Under the pieces are notes generated by a model. It ran no database searches and was not told where the DNA came from. It worked only from the letters and a program-made list of their open reading frames with translations. DNA of 64,000 nucleotides from Nitrospirota bacterium (GTDB lineage: Bacteria; Nitrospirota; Thermodesulfovibrionia; SZUA-242), in the NCBI GenBank assembly GCA_016212095.1, contig JACRHH010000024.1:7482-71481 (forward strand), read 5' to 3'. Made by a program: the position numbers and the translations under genes. The number at the start of each line of letters is the position of its first letter. Position 1 is the first letter of the stretch. Positions 1-9,322 of this stretch are shown here, one piece after another.

Positions 1-95
1 TTCCGGAGCCCAAGGGTGAGCGGCTGATGTATGCGTGAGGTTAGCCGGATACACGGTATCAAATCCGTTGCACGGGAAACGTATGGCCGGGCGAT

Positions 96-205
96 TTGAC
101 CAAACCGGCTGCAAGCAGCCGGAAGTTGACCAAACCGGCTGCAAGCAACCGGAAGTTGACCAAACCGGCTGCAAGCAACCGGAAGTTGACCAAACCGGCG
201 GCCAG
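96..205. repeat. 30-bp tandem direct repeat, 3 full copies + 1 partial: TTGACCAAACCGGCTGCAAGCA(A/G)CCGGAAG, in the leader region of the AI-2E transporter gene
   Basis: Read directly: copies at 96-125, 126-155, 156-185, degenerate 186-~205. The six-frame ORF translates them as DQTGCKQPEV x3, but the membrane protein proper starts downstream. Confidence 0.85.
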
Positions 206-244
206 CCGCCGTTGCCTGTTGACGAAAGCGACAGCACCGGCGAG

Positions 245-1297
245 ATGATTCGCCGCATCATCGCCGTGTTCGCCGTGGCGGTTCTTGCCGGCGGATGCCT
301 GATGGTGCTTGCGCCGTTTGCGGTGACGCTTCTGTGGGGCGCGATTCTGGGTTACTGCACGTGGACGCCTTACGTCAGGCTTTCGGCGCTGCTTGGCGGC
401 AGGCGCGGGCTTGCGGCGGGATTGCTGGTGCTTCTGTTCATGCTTGTCCTGATCGCGCCGTTTCTGTACGCGGGCGCAAATCTGGTGTCGCACGCCGACG
501 CCATATCCGGGACGATAAGGAACTGGATCGATAACGGACTGCCGCAGCCGCCGGACTGGATAACCGGCATTCCGCTTGCCGGGCCCGCGATACGCAACTA
601 CTGGGATGCGGCCAGCCTGGCCAATCCCGAAACAATCTCCGAACTTCGCAAGCTGGCCGCGCCCACAGCCGAATGGCTGCTCTCAAGCGGAGCCTCGGTT
701 GCAAGCGGCATTCTACAGATGATATTCAGCGTGCTGATAACATTCTTCTTCTACACCGGCGGAGAGGAAATCGCCGCCATGCTCTCGGCTGGAACAAGGC
801 GCATAGCCGGGACAAAATCGGCTCATCTGCTGGAGCTTGCGGGGCGGACGATAAAGGGCGTGGTTTACGGCATTCTGGGAACCGCGCTGGCGCAGGGGGT
901 GCTTGCCGGTTTCGGCTTCTGGATTTCCGGCGTTCCGGCGGCCGGCGTGCTTGGGCTGGTAACGTTTTTCCTGTCTGTCGTGCCGATGGGGCCGGTGCTC
1001 ATCTGGGGGCCGGCGGCGCTCTGGCTCTATCACGAGGGCAGCGCGGGCTGGGCCATATTCATCGTGGTCTGGGGCATCGCGGTCGTGAGCATGGCCGACA
1101 ACATCATCAAGCCGCTTCTTATAAGCAAGGGAAGCGCGATGCCGTTTATCCTGGTGATGATCGGGGTGATGGGAGGAGCGTTCGCCTTCGGATTCCTTGG
1201 CGTGTTCACCGGCCCAACGCTGCTTGCCGTGGGTTACGCCATGCTTCGCGACTGGACGTCCGATGTTTCTGGCGATGACTCCGGTGTCGAGGCATGA
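245..1297 (+). CDS. AI-2E family transporter (PerM/YhhT-like permease)
   Basis: Polytopic membrane protein with the typical AI-2E C-terminal region. Start chosen at ATG 245 (MIRRIIAVFAV...) for a ~350 aa product; ORF is open from 35 through the tandem repeats. Stop overlaps the next start (ATGA). Confidence 0.7.
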   Translation: MIRRIIAVFAVAVLAGGCLMVLAPFAVTLLWGAILGYCTWTPYVRLSALLGGRRGLAAGLLVLLFMLVLIAPFLYAGANLVSHADAISGTIRNWIDNGLPQPPDWITGIPLAGPAIRNYWDAASLANPETISELRKLAAPTAEWLLSSGASVASGILQMIFSVLITFFFYTGGEEIAAMLSAGTRRIAGTKSAHLLELAGRTIKGVVYGILGTALAQGVLAGFGFWISGVPAAGVLGLVTFFLSVVPMGPVLIWGPAALWLYHEGSAGWAIFIVVWGIAVVSMADNIIKPLLISKGSAMPFILVMIGVMGGAFAFGFLGVFTGPTLLAVGYAMLRDWTSDVSGDDSGVEA

Positions 1298-3627
1298 AAA
1301 GGGATCACCATTCAGGCGGGCGGCGCGAGGGCGTTGGCGAGGTTTTGGCCCGCCTGAACGATCTGCGTTTCGGCCCGCTCGATCTGATGCCCCGCGCCAC
1401 GCTTGCCGAGAAACTGATCGAGCTTGCGCTTGCCGGCCCCCCGCCTGGAGCCAACGAGGCGATCGAACGCCTGCGCGAGCTTCAGGGCGGTCTTGCCGGT
1501 GTTGACACCCGCGACGCAAAGGTGGTGGTGCTTGGCGGCGGATCCGGTCTGTCGAACATCGTCGGCGGCGATTCCCGAAGCGATATGTGGCCCGCCTCCC
1601 CGTTCATGGGGCTGAAAGAGATTTTTCCGCACACAACGTCCATCGTGAGCATCGCCGACGACGGCGGTTCCACGGGCGAGCTCATCAGGCAGTTTCCGCT
1701 GATAGCGCTTGGCGACATTCGTCATGTGCTGCTTTCATCCGTCCAGATGCGTGAACTACGGAACCGGTACGGCATCCGCGACGGCGCGGCCCGCAGGATT
1801 GCGGGCGTTCTGCACCGTCTGATCAACCACCGCTTCGAGGCAAGGCCCGCCTCTCCGGAATCGCTTCTTGATGCCGCCGGCGTAAACCTGGCCGGAACGC
1901 CGCTTGCCATGGCGCATGGAATTCTCGAACTGCTCGAACTTCTATTCACACACAAGGAGCTTTCGAAGTCGCTTGATACGCCCCACTGCCTCGGCAACCT
2001 GCTTGTCGCATCGGCCATATTCAGGGCGGCGGCATCGCAGTCGGCGCGCGAAATCATGGGCGAGCATATTGTTGCGGGCGTCCGGGCTCTGGCGTCCCTG
2101 ATCGGCGCGCGCGCCGGAGCGGTTCTTCCGTGCTCTGTCACTCCGGCGCAACTCAAGGTGCTCTACAACAACGGCGTGCTTGTCACCGGCGAATACAAGT
2201 CGAGCGTCGCAAGACGCGGCTATCCGGTAGACCGGGTTTTTCTTGAGTTCGCGAGCGAGCCGGAGATTCCGGCGGAGGTCATGCGCAGGATAGACGAGGC
2301 CGACATAATCGTGCTTGCCCCCGGAAGCACATACACCAGCATCGTGCCGGTGCTTCAGGCTCCCGGCATTGCCGACGCCATCCGCCGCAACAAAGGCGCG
2401 CTCAAGATACTGGTTGCCAACCTCTGGGTTCAGCGCGGCGAGACCGATCTGGTGTACGACGATCCGGCCCGCCGCTATCATGTGTCCGATCTTATCAGCG
2501 CCTACAACCGGAACATACCCGGCGGCGTCGGCGGACTGTTCCGGCAGGTGATGGTTCTTGGGCTTCAGCGCATTCCGGGCGACGTGATCCAGAACTACGC
2601 GGTGGAGAAGAAGACGCCGATATATCTGGACAGGGCCAATGTCTCGGCGATGGGTTTCGAGCCTGTCGAGGCGATGATATTTTCGCAGGAGGCGCTCCAC
2701 GCAAGGAACGTCATCCAGCACGATCCGGCGTCGATGGCCCTGACGGTCAAAACCCTCTGGGCGATAAAGGACTATTGCAACCGCGACGACTGCGCCGAAT
2801 GGCGCGATCTTCCCCTGACGTATTCCGACAAAAAACCGATTGTGCGCAGGGACGGAGCCACGCCGTATGCCCGCATGAGGGAGGCGGGGGCCAGACTGGG
2901 CGGGCTTGACATGAACGAGGCGATGAGGGATGCCTTTACCCGGCTGCTATGGAACCACCGCGACATTCCGCTCGATCATCTGGATCTGATTAACGGCGCG
3001 GTCTTTATCGACAAGGCCGACTGGCGAAGAAGCCAGGACTGGGATAACGTGCTCTCCTTTTACGATCCGCAGGACGGCATTGTGAAGCTCAGAAGCGATA
3101 TCGAGGCCAATCCGCTGCGGTTTGAGGTGGGCCTGCTGGTTGCGATAGGCGAATCGCTGCTTGGAAACTACGCTGCGAAAAAATGGGTTGCCCCTCTTAA
3201 CGGCGGCGGCGACTGCTTCGGCAAGGTCTACAACCTGCAACTCTGCCCTCCGGATGAGCGGCGCTGTTATCTTTCGGAGGTTGAGCTGCACGACTACCTT
3301 ACGCTTGTGCGCATGTGCCGTTCCGATTCCGACGATTTTCTCTACCGCCGCGTGATCGGCGGATCGCGCGCGTTCACTCCGCCCGGCCTGATGTTCGGGC
3401 TTACATACGCATGGTATATCGACAACCGGTTCGCGTCGCATATCGAATACAAGATGTCTATCATGAAGATGGAGATAACCGACCTGATCCCGGAGCAGTT
3501 GAGCCTGCTTTTCTTCAGGAGGGCGCTTGTGGAATTCTTCAGGCGATGCGTGTTCCGGTGCGAGCTTTCGACGTACACCGGCATCAGGCGCGAGCATGGG
3601 CGTGGCGGCGCGGTCATAAATGGATAG
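1294..3627 (+). CDS. YvcK/CofD (UPF0052, gluconeogenesis-factor-like) family protein with ~300-aa uncharacterised C-terminal extension
   Basis: Motif VVVLGGGSGLSNIVGG resembles the YvcK/CofD G-rich N-terminus. 777 aa is far longer than canonical YvcK (~330 aa). ATGA overlap with the upstream transporter. Confidence 0.6.
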   Translation: MKRDHHSGGRREGVGEVLARLNDLRFGPLDLMPRATLAEKLIELALAGPPPGANEAIERLRELQGGLAGVDTRDAKVVVLGGGSGLSNIVGGDSRSDMWPASPFMGLKEIFPHTTSIVSIADDGGSTGELIRQFPLIALGDIRHVLLSSVQMRELRNRYGIRDGAARRIAGVLHRLINHRFEARPASPESLLDAAGVNLAGTPLAMAHGILELLELLFTHKELSKSLDTPHCLGNLLVASAIFRAAASQSAREIMGEHIVAGVRALASLIGARAGAVLPCSVTPAQLKVLYNNGVLVTGEYKSSVARRGYPVDRVFLEFASEPEIPAEVMRRIDEADIIVLAPGSTYTSIVPVLQAPGIADAIRRNKGALKILVANLWVQRGETDLVYDDPARRYHVSDLISAYNRNIPGGVGGLFRQVMVLGLQRIPGDVIQNYAVEKKTPIYLDRANVSAMGFEPVEAMIFSQEALHARNVIQHDPASMALTVKTLWAIKDYCNRDDCAEWRDLPLTYSDKKPIVRRDGATPYARMREAGARLGGLDMNEAMRDAFTRLLWNHRDIPLDHLDLINGAVFIDKADWRRSQDWDNVLSFYDPQDGIVKLRSDIEANPLRFEVGLLVAIGESLLGNYAAKKWVAPLNGGGDCFGKVYNLQLCPPDERRCYLSEVELHDYLTLVRMCRSDSDDFLYRRVIGGSRAFTPPGLMFGLTYAWYIDNRFASHIEYKMSIMKMEITDLIPEQLSLLFFRRALVEFFRRCVFRCELSTYTGIRREHGRGGAVING

Positions 3628-3799
3628 CACAGCTGATGCCCTCAGGCGGCGATTGACCGAAGCGGCTGTTGACGGCAGAATCTCCTGCGCGCGCGCCAGA
3701 AGGATCGCGGAGGAGCTCGGAGTATCGTACAGGGATGTCGGCGCGGCTGCCAACGGGCTTGGCCTGAAGATTTCGGCCTGCGAACTCGGCTGCTTCTGA
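3620..3799 (+). CDS. small hypothetical protein (59 aa, Cys-containing; ends ...LGLKISACELGCF)
   Basis: ATG at 3620 overlaps the upstream stop by 8 nt. Fills the gap before fdhD. Below the 60-aa cutoff of the ORF track. No recognisable family from sequence alone. Confidence 0.35.
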   Translation: MDSTADALRRRLTEAAVDGRISCARARRIAEELGVSYRDVGAAANGLGLKISACELGCF

Positions 3800-3806
3800 A
3801 ACGGCA

Positions 3807-4589
3807 ATGCTGCTAACGTCAGCCGAAGTACTGATATTGAAGGTGAGGGATGACGCCGTTGAGGAGGTGATCGACACCGTTGCCGCCGAACGATCGATTC
3901 TTCTGAAGATAAACGGCGAGCCGGTTGTTTCCCTGCTCTGCACGCCGTCCGACATCGACGCGCTTGCCGTGGGCTTTCTGATCTCCGAGGGGTTCCTGTC
4001 CGCTGCTTCGCAGCCGCGTTCGGTTGCGTTCGATGAAAAAAAACTGGAGGTTGCGGTCGAGGCGGAACTTCCAGCCGGCTGGCGCGACATGACCGAAAGC
4101 CGCGCGATTACGCCCGGATGCGGACGCGGCGTCACATTCACCGCATCATCCGGCGCGGCGCGCCTGAAAGCCGTGAAATCGCGCGTGAAGTCAAATCTGC
4201 CTGAAATTCGGGCAATCGTGGAAACGTTTCGCCGCCAATCCCTGCTTTATGCGTCAACCGGAGGCGTTCACAGCGCCGCCATATTCGGTGGTAAAATCAT
4301 GCTGTTTTTCGCCGAGGACATAGGCCGCCACAATGCGGTTGACAAGGTGATCGGCATGGCCGCGCTTTCGGGCGCTTTGCTTGACGACAAGATTCTGGTT
4401 TCGAGCGGACGCGTGTCGGGCGAGATAATGACAAAGGTTGTGCGAAGCGGCATTCCGGTGATAGTTAGCCGTGGCGCGCCCACATGCGTGTCGGTCTCGC
4501 GGGCCGAGGATTCCGGCGTCACGCTTGTCGGTTTCGCGCGCGGAAACCGGATGAACATCTACAGCCATCCGTGGAGGATCATTCAATGA
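3807..4589 (+). CDS. fdhD: formate dehydrogenase accessory sulfurtransferase FdhD
   Basis: Family-typical motifs: TPGCGRG, GGVHSAA, GRHNAVDKVIG, SGRVSGEIMTKVVRSGIPV. Confidence 0.9.
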   Translation: MLLTSAEVLILKVRDDAVEEVIDTVAAERSILLKINGEPVVSLLCTPSDIDALAVGFLISEGFLSAASQPRSVAFDEKKLEVAVEAELPAGWRDMTESRAITPGCGRGVTFTASSGAARLKAVKSRVKSNLPEIRAIVETFRRQSLLYASTGGVHSAAIFGGKIMLFFAEDIGRHNAVDKVIGMAALSGALLDDKILVSSGRVSGEIMTKVVRSGIPVIVSRGAPTCVSVSRAEDSGVTLVGFARGNRMNIYSHPWRIIQ

Positions 4590-5863
4590 CCCCTGAATCC
4601 ATCGACATGCTGGGGCGCGCGCCGCTTGTAATCCTTGCGGAGGCTGTTTCGATGATGCTTTCCCGCATACCGGCCTGCCGCCTCGATTTCGAGGATATTC
4701 CGCTTGAAGATGCCTTGGGCAGAATCACGGCCCGCGACATTGTGTCGCCGGAAGACATGCCGCCGCATCCGCGCGCCACGATGGACGGCTACGCGGTGCG
4801 CGCCCGCGACACCTTCGGCGCGATGGAATCGCTGCCGTCGTATTTCGAGATCGCGGGCGAGGTGGCCATGGGCGAAAAGCCGGACAGGCCGGTGGTTGTT
4901 GGAGCTTGCCACCGGATAGCGACCGGCGGCTTCATGCCGCCCGGAGCCGACGCGGTTGTGATGCTTGAGCATACGGTTGAGGCGGACAGGCGGATGATCG
5001 AGGTGGTGCAGCCCGTGGCGTCCGGCGGAAACGTGATTCAGGCGGGCGAGGACATGCGGCGCGGCGATGTTCTTGTTCCGGCGGGACACAGGCTTCGCCC
5101 CGCCGACATCGGCCTGCTTGCGGGCGCTGGCATGGTTTCGGCTCCTGTGCGTCGGCGCGCGCGCGTCGGAATAATTTCAACCGGCGACGAGATTGTGCCG
5201 CACGCCGAAACGCCGCCCCCCGGCAAAATGCGCGACATAAACGGCGTGAATATCGCCGCGCTTTCGAAATCATGCGGCGCGGAGCCGCGATTCTACGGCA
5301 TCGCGCCGGACGATGAATTGGCGCTGCGGGAGATGCTCGAACGCGCGATTTCCGAAAACGACCTGGTGGCGCTGTCGGGCGGAAGCTCGGTCGGAAGCCG
5401 CGACACAGCCGCCCGCGTGATGAATTTGTTTGGCCGAAACGATCGAAGCGGCGGCATAATCGTTCACGGCATTGCGATGAAGCCGGGCAAGCCGGTGATA
5501 ATCGCCTTTGCCGGAGACAAGCCGGTGTTTGGGCTTCCGGGCCATCCGGCTGCGGTATCTGTTGCGTTCCACGCGGTTGTGCGTCCGGCAATCGAGAGAA
5601 TTTCCGGGCTTGCGGACGCCTGTGTGCCGCGAATTCTGCCCGCGCGGCTTGCCCGCAGCCTGAACTCAGCGGCAGGCCGCCGCGATTTCATCCGCGTGAA
5701 GGTTGAGCGCATCAATGAGCCGCCCGGATTTTCGGCCATCCCGCTGCTCGGCAAATCAGGCGCGATCTCCACCATCGCCCGCGCCGACGGCTATGTTGTA
5801 ATCACGGAAGAACGGCAGGGAATCGCGGAGGGCGAGGCGGTGAATGTGGAGATTTTTGATTGA
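4586..5863 (+). CDS. moeA: molybdopterin molybdotransferase MoeA
   Basis: MoeA architecture (GIISTGDEIV, LSGGSSVGSRD, GLPGHPAA). Start set at ATG 4586 overlapping the fdhD stop (ATGA). The ORF-track start at 4484 lies inside fdhD. Confidence 0.85.
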   Translation: MTPESIDMLGRAPLVILAEAVSMMLSRIPACRLDFEDIPLEDALGRITARDIVSPEDMPPHPRATMDGYAVRARDTFGAMESLPSYFEIAGEVAMGEKPDRPVVVGACHRIATGGFMPPGADAVVMLEHTVEADRRMIEVVQPVASGGNVIQAGEDMRRGDVLVPAGHRLRPADIGLLAGAGMVSAPVRRRARVGIISTGDEIVPHAETPPPGKMRDINGVNIAALSKSCGAEPRFYGIAPDDELALREMLERAISENDLVALSGGSSVGSRDTAARVMNLFGRNDRSGGIIVHGIAMKPGKPVIIAFAGDKPVFGLPGHPAAVSVAFHAVVRPAIERISGLADACVPRILPARLARSLNSAAGRRDFIRVKVERINEPPGFSAIPLLGKSGAISTIARADGYVVITEERQGIAEGEAVNVEIFD

Positions 5864-5908
5864 TGAGGTATTTCCCGTGAAACCGGCGCTGAAACTGGAG
5901 CGGCATAA

Positions 5909-7144
5909 ATGCATCACATGACAGGCAACAGCGCTTCACCACTGGAAACCAGAATCACCGGTTCGCTTGTCACGCGTTTCTGGCTTGAACTTTTCGGCAA
6001 CTCGGCCCACTTCCCCATCGCAAATATCATGCTGGAGCTGCTTTCGGAGAAACCGCTCGATTATCTGGGCGCGCCCGACCTTTACACCATCGTTTCCGCA
6101 AGCCTGGTTCAGGCCTATTTGCTGGCGCGATGGAGGATCGGGCCAACACCGCGCCGTTTCTGGGGCAATCTTGTAGGCCCCGCCTTGTACACGCTGGTTG
6201 AAAGCCTGGTGGAAGGGCCGCGATTTTTTCTTGCCACGCATCATCTGGCCTATTGGGGTTTCGCCGTTGCCGTCGGCGCCATGCAGGCGCAGCGGCTCCG
6301 CCTGCCGCCCGGCTTCAGCGCGCCGCTTATCGTGATCGAAAACATAACGCGCACATCCATTCTTTTCTTCATGTATGTTGTTTTCGAAACACTGGTCAAT
6401 CCGGCGCAAACCGCTTCCCTGAGCGATTTTATCGGCGATACGAGCCATCAGTTCATCGGATTGGCCGTGCTTTTTCTTGGGCTCAGCGTCGGTCTTGCCA
6501 ATCTGACGACAGAACGTTATCTTGCCCTGTTGAAGATGACCTCGACGCAGCTCAGGACATACTCCGAGTGGCTGCTTGGCCGCGACCTGCTGGGCCAGAC
6601 ATTCGTCAATCCGTCTGCCCTGAGCCTGACCAGGCGCGAACGGACGGTGATGTTCATGGACATCCGCAGCTTCACGCGCTGGAGCGAGGCGCAATCTCCC
6701 GAAGCGGTCGTGGATCTGCTGGACAGGTATTATCAGGTTGCGGAGTCCGTTATTTCCGGTCATGGGGTCATAAAATTCAAGCTTTCGGCAGATGAGGTGA
6801 TGGCCGTTTTCCCAACCGCCGAACAGTCCGTCCGCGCCGCGCTTGAACTCCGCGCCGAAGCAAGCCGGTTATTGTCGGGCTATAATCTTGGCGTCGGCAT
6901 CGGGCTAAATAGCGGCCCGCTGGTTGAAGGGCTTCTGGGAAGCGCGGAAGTGAAATTCTACGATGTTATCGGCGATACGGTGAACACGGCCAAGCGCATG
7001 GAAAGCGCGGCCCAAACCGCCGAAGTGCTGATTTCCGAAAGCATCCGGAACGCGGTGGGCCAGACGTTTCGAACCGGCCCAAGGCGCGAGATTGTTGCCA
7101 AGGGAAAGGAAAATCCATTGGCCGTGTATCCTCTGGAAAATTAG
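5909..7144 (+). CDS. membrane-anchored class III adenylate/guanylate cyclase
   Basis: N-terminal ~220 aa hydrophobic multi-TM region, then a cyclase homology domain (VMFMDIRSFTRWSE..., GDTVNTAKRMES). Confidence 0.75.
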   Translation: MHHMTGNSASPLETRITGSLVTRFWLELFGNSAHFPIANIMLELLSEKPLDYLGAPDLYTIVSASLVQAYLLARWRIGPTPRRFWGNLVGPALYTLVESLVEGPRFFLATHHLAYWGFAVAVGAMQAQRLRLPPGFSAPLIVIENITRTSILFFMYVVFETLVNPAQTASLSDFIGDTSHQFIGLAVLFLGLSVGLANLTTERYLALLKMTSTQLRTYSEWLLGRDLLGQTFVNPSALSLTRRERTVMFMDIRSFTRWSEAQSPEAVVDLLDRYYQVAESVISGHGVIKFKLSADEVMAVFPTAEQSVRAALELRAEASRLLSGYNLGVGIGLNSGPLVEGLLGSAEVKFYDVIGDTVNTAKRMESAAQTAEVLISESIRNAVGQTFRTGPRREIVAKGKENPLAVYPLEN

Positions 7145-7153
7145 ACGGTCGAG

Positions 7154-9109
7154 ATGAACCGCAACATCTACATATCAAACACCCCGCTTGAAGACGCGCT
7201 CAAGCTCTGGAGCGCCGCGCTTGAGGCGCGCGGATGCCTTGCGCCGCTGCCGCCGGAAGCAATTCCGGTTGACGATTCCCTTGGCCGCGTGACCGCCGAG
7301 GCTGTGTTCGCGCCGCGCTCGTCGCCGTTTTATAACGCCGCCGCCATGGACGGAATCGCCGTCTCGTTTGCAAGCGCCGCGGGCGCGAGCGAGGCCGCGC
7401 CGGTGCGCCTGCGCGAAGGCGATGAGTATGTTTGCGTAAACACGGGCAGGCCGATTCCCGATGGTTTCGACGCCGTGATAATGATCGAGGATGTTCACCG
7501 GGCCGGGCCGGGCGTGGTGGAGATAATCGAGCCGGTCACGCCGTGGAAGCATATCCGCCCGATAGGCGAAGACATCGTTGCCACCGAGCTTATCCTGCCG
7601 GAAGGACATTTAATCAGGCCGATCGACGTGGGCGCGATGCTGGCCACGGGCCTTACCCGCGTGAGCGTGCGGAGGATTCCGAAGGCGCTCGTCATTCCGA
7701 CCGGCGACGAGCTTGTGCAGCCGGGCGAGCCTGTTTCGCCCGGCAACATCGTGGAGTTCAACGGGCGCGTGCTTGCCGGATATTTGCGCGAATGGGGCGT
7801 TGAGGCCGCGCGAAGCGAGATCGTGCGCGACGACACGCAACTGCTTGAGGCCGCCATATCGCGCGCGGTTTCCGGGTTCGACATCGTGATAACAAACGCC
7901 GGCGCGTCCGCCGGAACAAAGGACAACACAGCCTCCGTGATCGCCGCGCTGGGCGAGGTGATAGTGCATGGCGTGAACATCAAGCCGGGCAAGCCGGTTG
8001 TGCTTGGCATCGTCGGCGGCAGGCCGGTGATCGGGCTTCCGGGTTATCCTGTGTCGGCGGTGCTGACGATGCGGCTTTTCGCGCGCGGGCTTGCTTACGC
8101 GATGCGCGGCCTGCCGGAGCCCAGGCAGGAGACGGCCTCGGCCATGCTTGCGCGGCCTGTTTCGTCGAAGATGGGCGTGAACGAGTTCATCCGCGTGAAG
8201 CTTGGGTGCGTGGGCGAAAACCTGATGGCCACGCCGTCGGGCAGGGGAGCAGGCGCGGTGATGTCGCTTGTTCAGGCCGACGGAATTCTGGTTGTGCCTG
8301 CCGGAAGCGAGGGAATTGGCGCGGGCGAGAAGGTGACGGTTGAGCTTCTGCGCGGCATCGACGAGATAGAAAATACCATTGTTGCAATCGGAAGCCACGA
8401 CAACGCTCTGGACGCGCTGGCCAATTTTCTGCATGTTTGGCGCGATGTCCCGCGAGGCTTGCCGAGAGGCGGAAGCACCACGCGACTTTCCTCCGCGCAC
8501 GTCGGAAGCATGGGCGGCATACTGGCGATAAAGCGTGGCGAGGCGCACATGGCCGGAACGCATCTGCTGGATGAGGAAACCGGCGAGTATAACATTGCGT
8601 TTATAAAGCGTTTTCTGCCGGACACGCCGCTTTTGCTCGTGAATCTGGTTTACCGCACCCAAGGCCTGCTCGTGCCGAAGGGCAATCCGAAAGGCATCCG
8701 CGGGTTTGAAGACCTTGCGCGCCCGGACGTGACCTTCATCAACAGGCAGAGGGGCGCGGGAACAAGGCTGCTAACCGACATGTACCTGAAAAAACTGGGC
8801 ATTGCGCCGGAAAGCGTGCGCGGCTACGACCGCGAGGAATACACCCACATGACAGTGGCGTCAGCCGTGGCGTCGGGCTCGGCTGATTGCGGGCTTGCGA
8901 TTCTTGCCGCCGCCCGCGCGCTTGGTCTGGATTTCATTCCGGTTGCTGGCGAGCGGTACGATCTGATCATTCCCAAGGCATATGCCGACGATGCTAAAAT
9001 CCGCGCCCTTCTTTCGGTAATCCGCGAAAACCGCGAGTTCCGCGAAACGGTGGAACGCATGGGCGGCTACGACATGCGCGACTGCGGACGGGTGATGTAC
9101 GAACAGTAG
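7154..9109 (+). CDS. moeA: MoeA-family molybdopterin molybdotransferase fused to a C-terminal periplasmic-binding-protein-like (molybdate/tungstate-binding type) domain
   Basis: N-terminal 400 aa is MoeA-like (PTGDELV, NAGASAGTKD, GLPGYPVSA). C-terminal 250 aa resembles a PBP-like-2 / ModA-like domain (COG1910-type fusion). Confidence 0.8.
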   Translation: MNRNIYISNTPLEDALKLWSAALEARGCLAPLPPEAIPVDDSLGRVTAEAVFAPRSSPFYNAAAMDGIAVSFASAAGASEAAPVRLREGDEYVCVNTGRPIPDGFDAVIMIEDVHRAGPGVVEIIEPVTPWKHIRPIGEDIVATELILPEGHLIRPIDVGAMLATGLTRVSVRRIPKALVIPTGDELVQPGEPVSPGNIVEFNGRVLAGYLREWGVEAARSEIVRDDTQLLEAAISRAVSGFDIVITNAGASAGTKDNTASVIAALGEVIVHGVNIKPGKPVVLGIVGGRPVIGLPGYPVSAVLTMRLFARGLAYAMRGLPEPRQETASAMLARPVSSKMGVNEFIRVKLGCVGENLMATPSGRGAGAVMSLVQADGILVVPAGSEGIGAGEKVTVELLRGIDEIENTIVAIGSHDNALDALANFLHVWRDVPRGLPRGGSTTRLSSAHVGSMGGILAIKRGEAHMAGTHLLDEETGEYNIAFIKRFLPDTPLLLVNLVYRTQGLLVPKGNPKGIRGFEDLARPDVTFINRQRGAGTRLLTDMYLKKLGIAPESVRGYDREEYTHMTVASAVASGSADCGLAILAAARALGLDFIPVAGERYDLIIPKAYADDAKIRALLSVIRENREFRETVERMGGYDMRDCGRVMYEQ

Positions 9110-9133
9110 AGACGCATCGCAATGCGTCTCTAC
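9106..9133 (+). terminator. perfect palindrome GTAGAGACGCAT-cgca-ATGCGTCTCTAC overlapping the moeA-PBP stop codon. Member of a 3-copy palindromic element family.
   Basis: 12-bp stem and 4-nt loop read directly. Related copies at 27678-27723 and 34514-34541. Confidence 0.6.
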
Positions 9134-9322
9134 CCGCCCGCGCCCTCGTCATATCCGCTTGAAATCGTTTCATCCCCCTTGCAGTTGCATACACTGCCGC
9201 GTTCCTGATAACTTATCCGTTACTATCTGGGCATGTCTGTTCAGGTATTTCATCCTGACTTAAAGGCAGGGCATACGGTTTCCCACGCAGCTTGACAATG
9301 CGAAGCCGTCGCCGGTTGGAGC

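Noticed and set aside
96-205. CRISPR array
   Set aside because: Repeats are contiguous with no spacers. No other repeat-spacer architecture was seen anywhere in the window, and no cas genes are present.
35-244. N-terminal extensions of ORF-track models (35-244, 4484-4585, 14267-14341, 22881-23453, 57046-57177, 21003-21041)
   Set aside because: Each extension overlaps an upstream gene, a repeat array or an operator. Internal starts with SD sequences or ATGA coupling give family-typical lengths.
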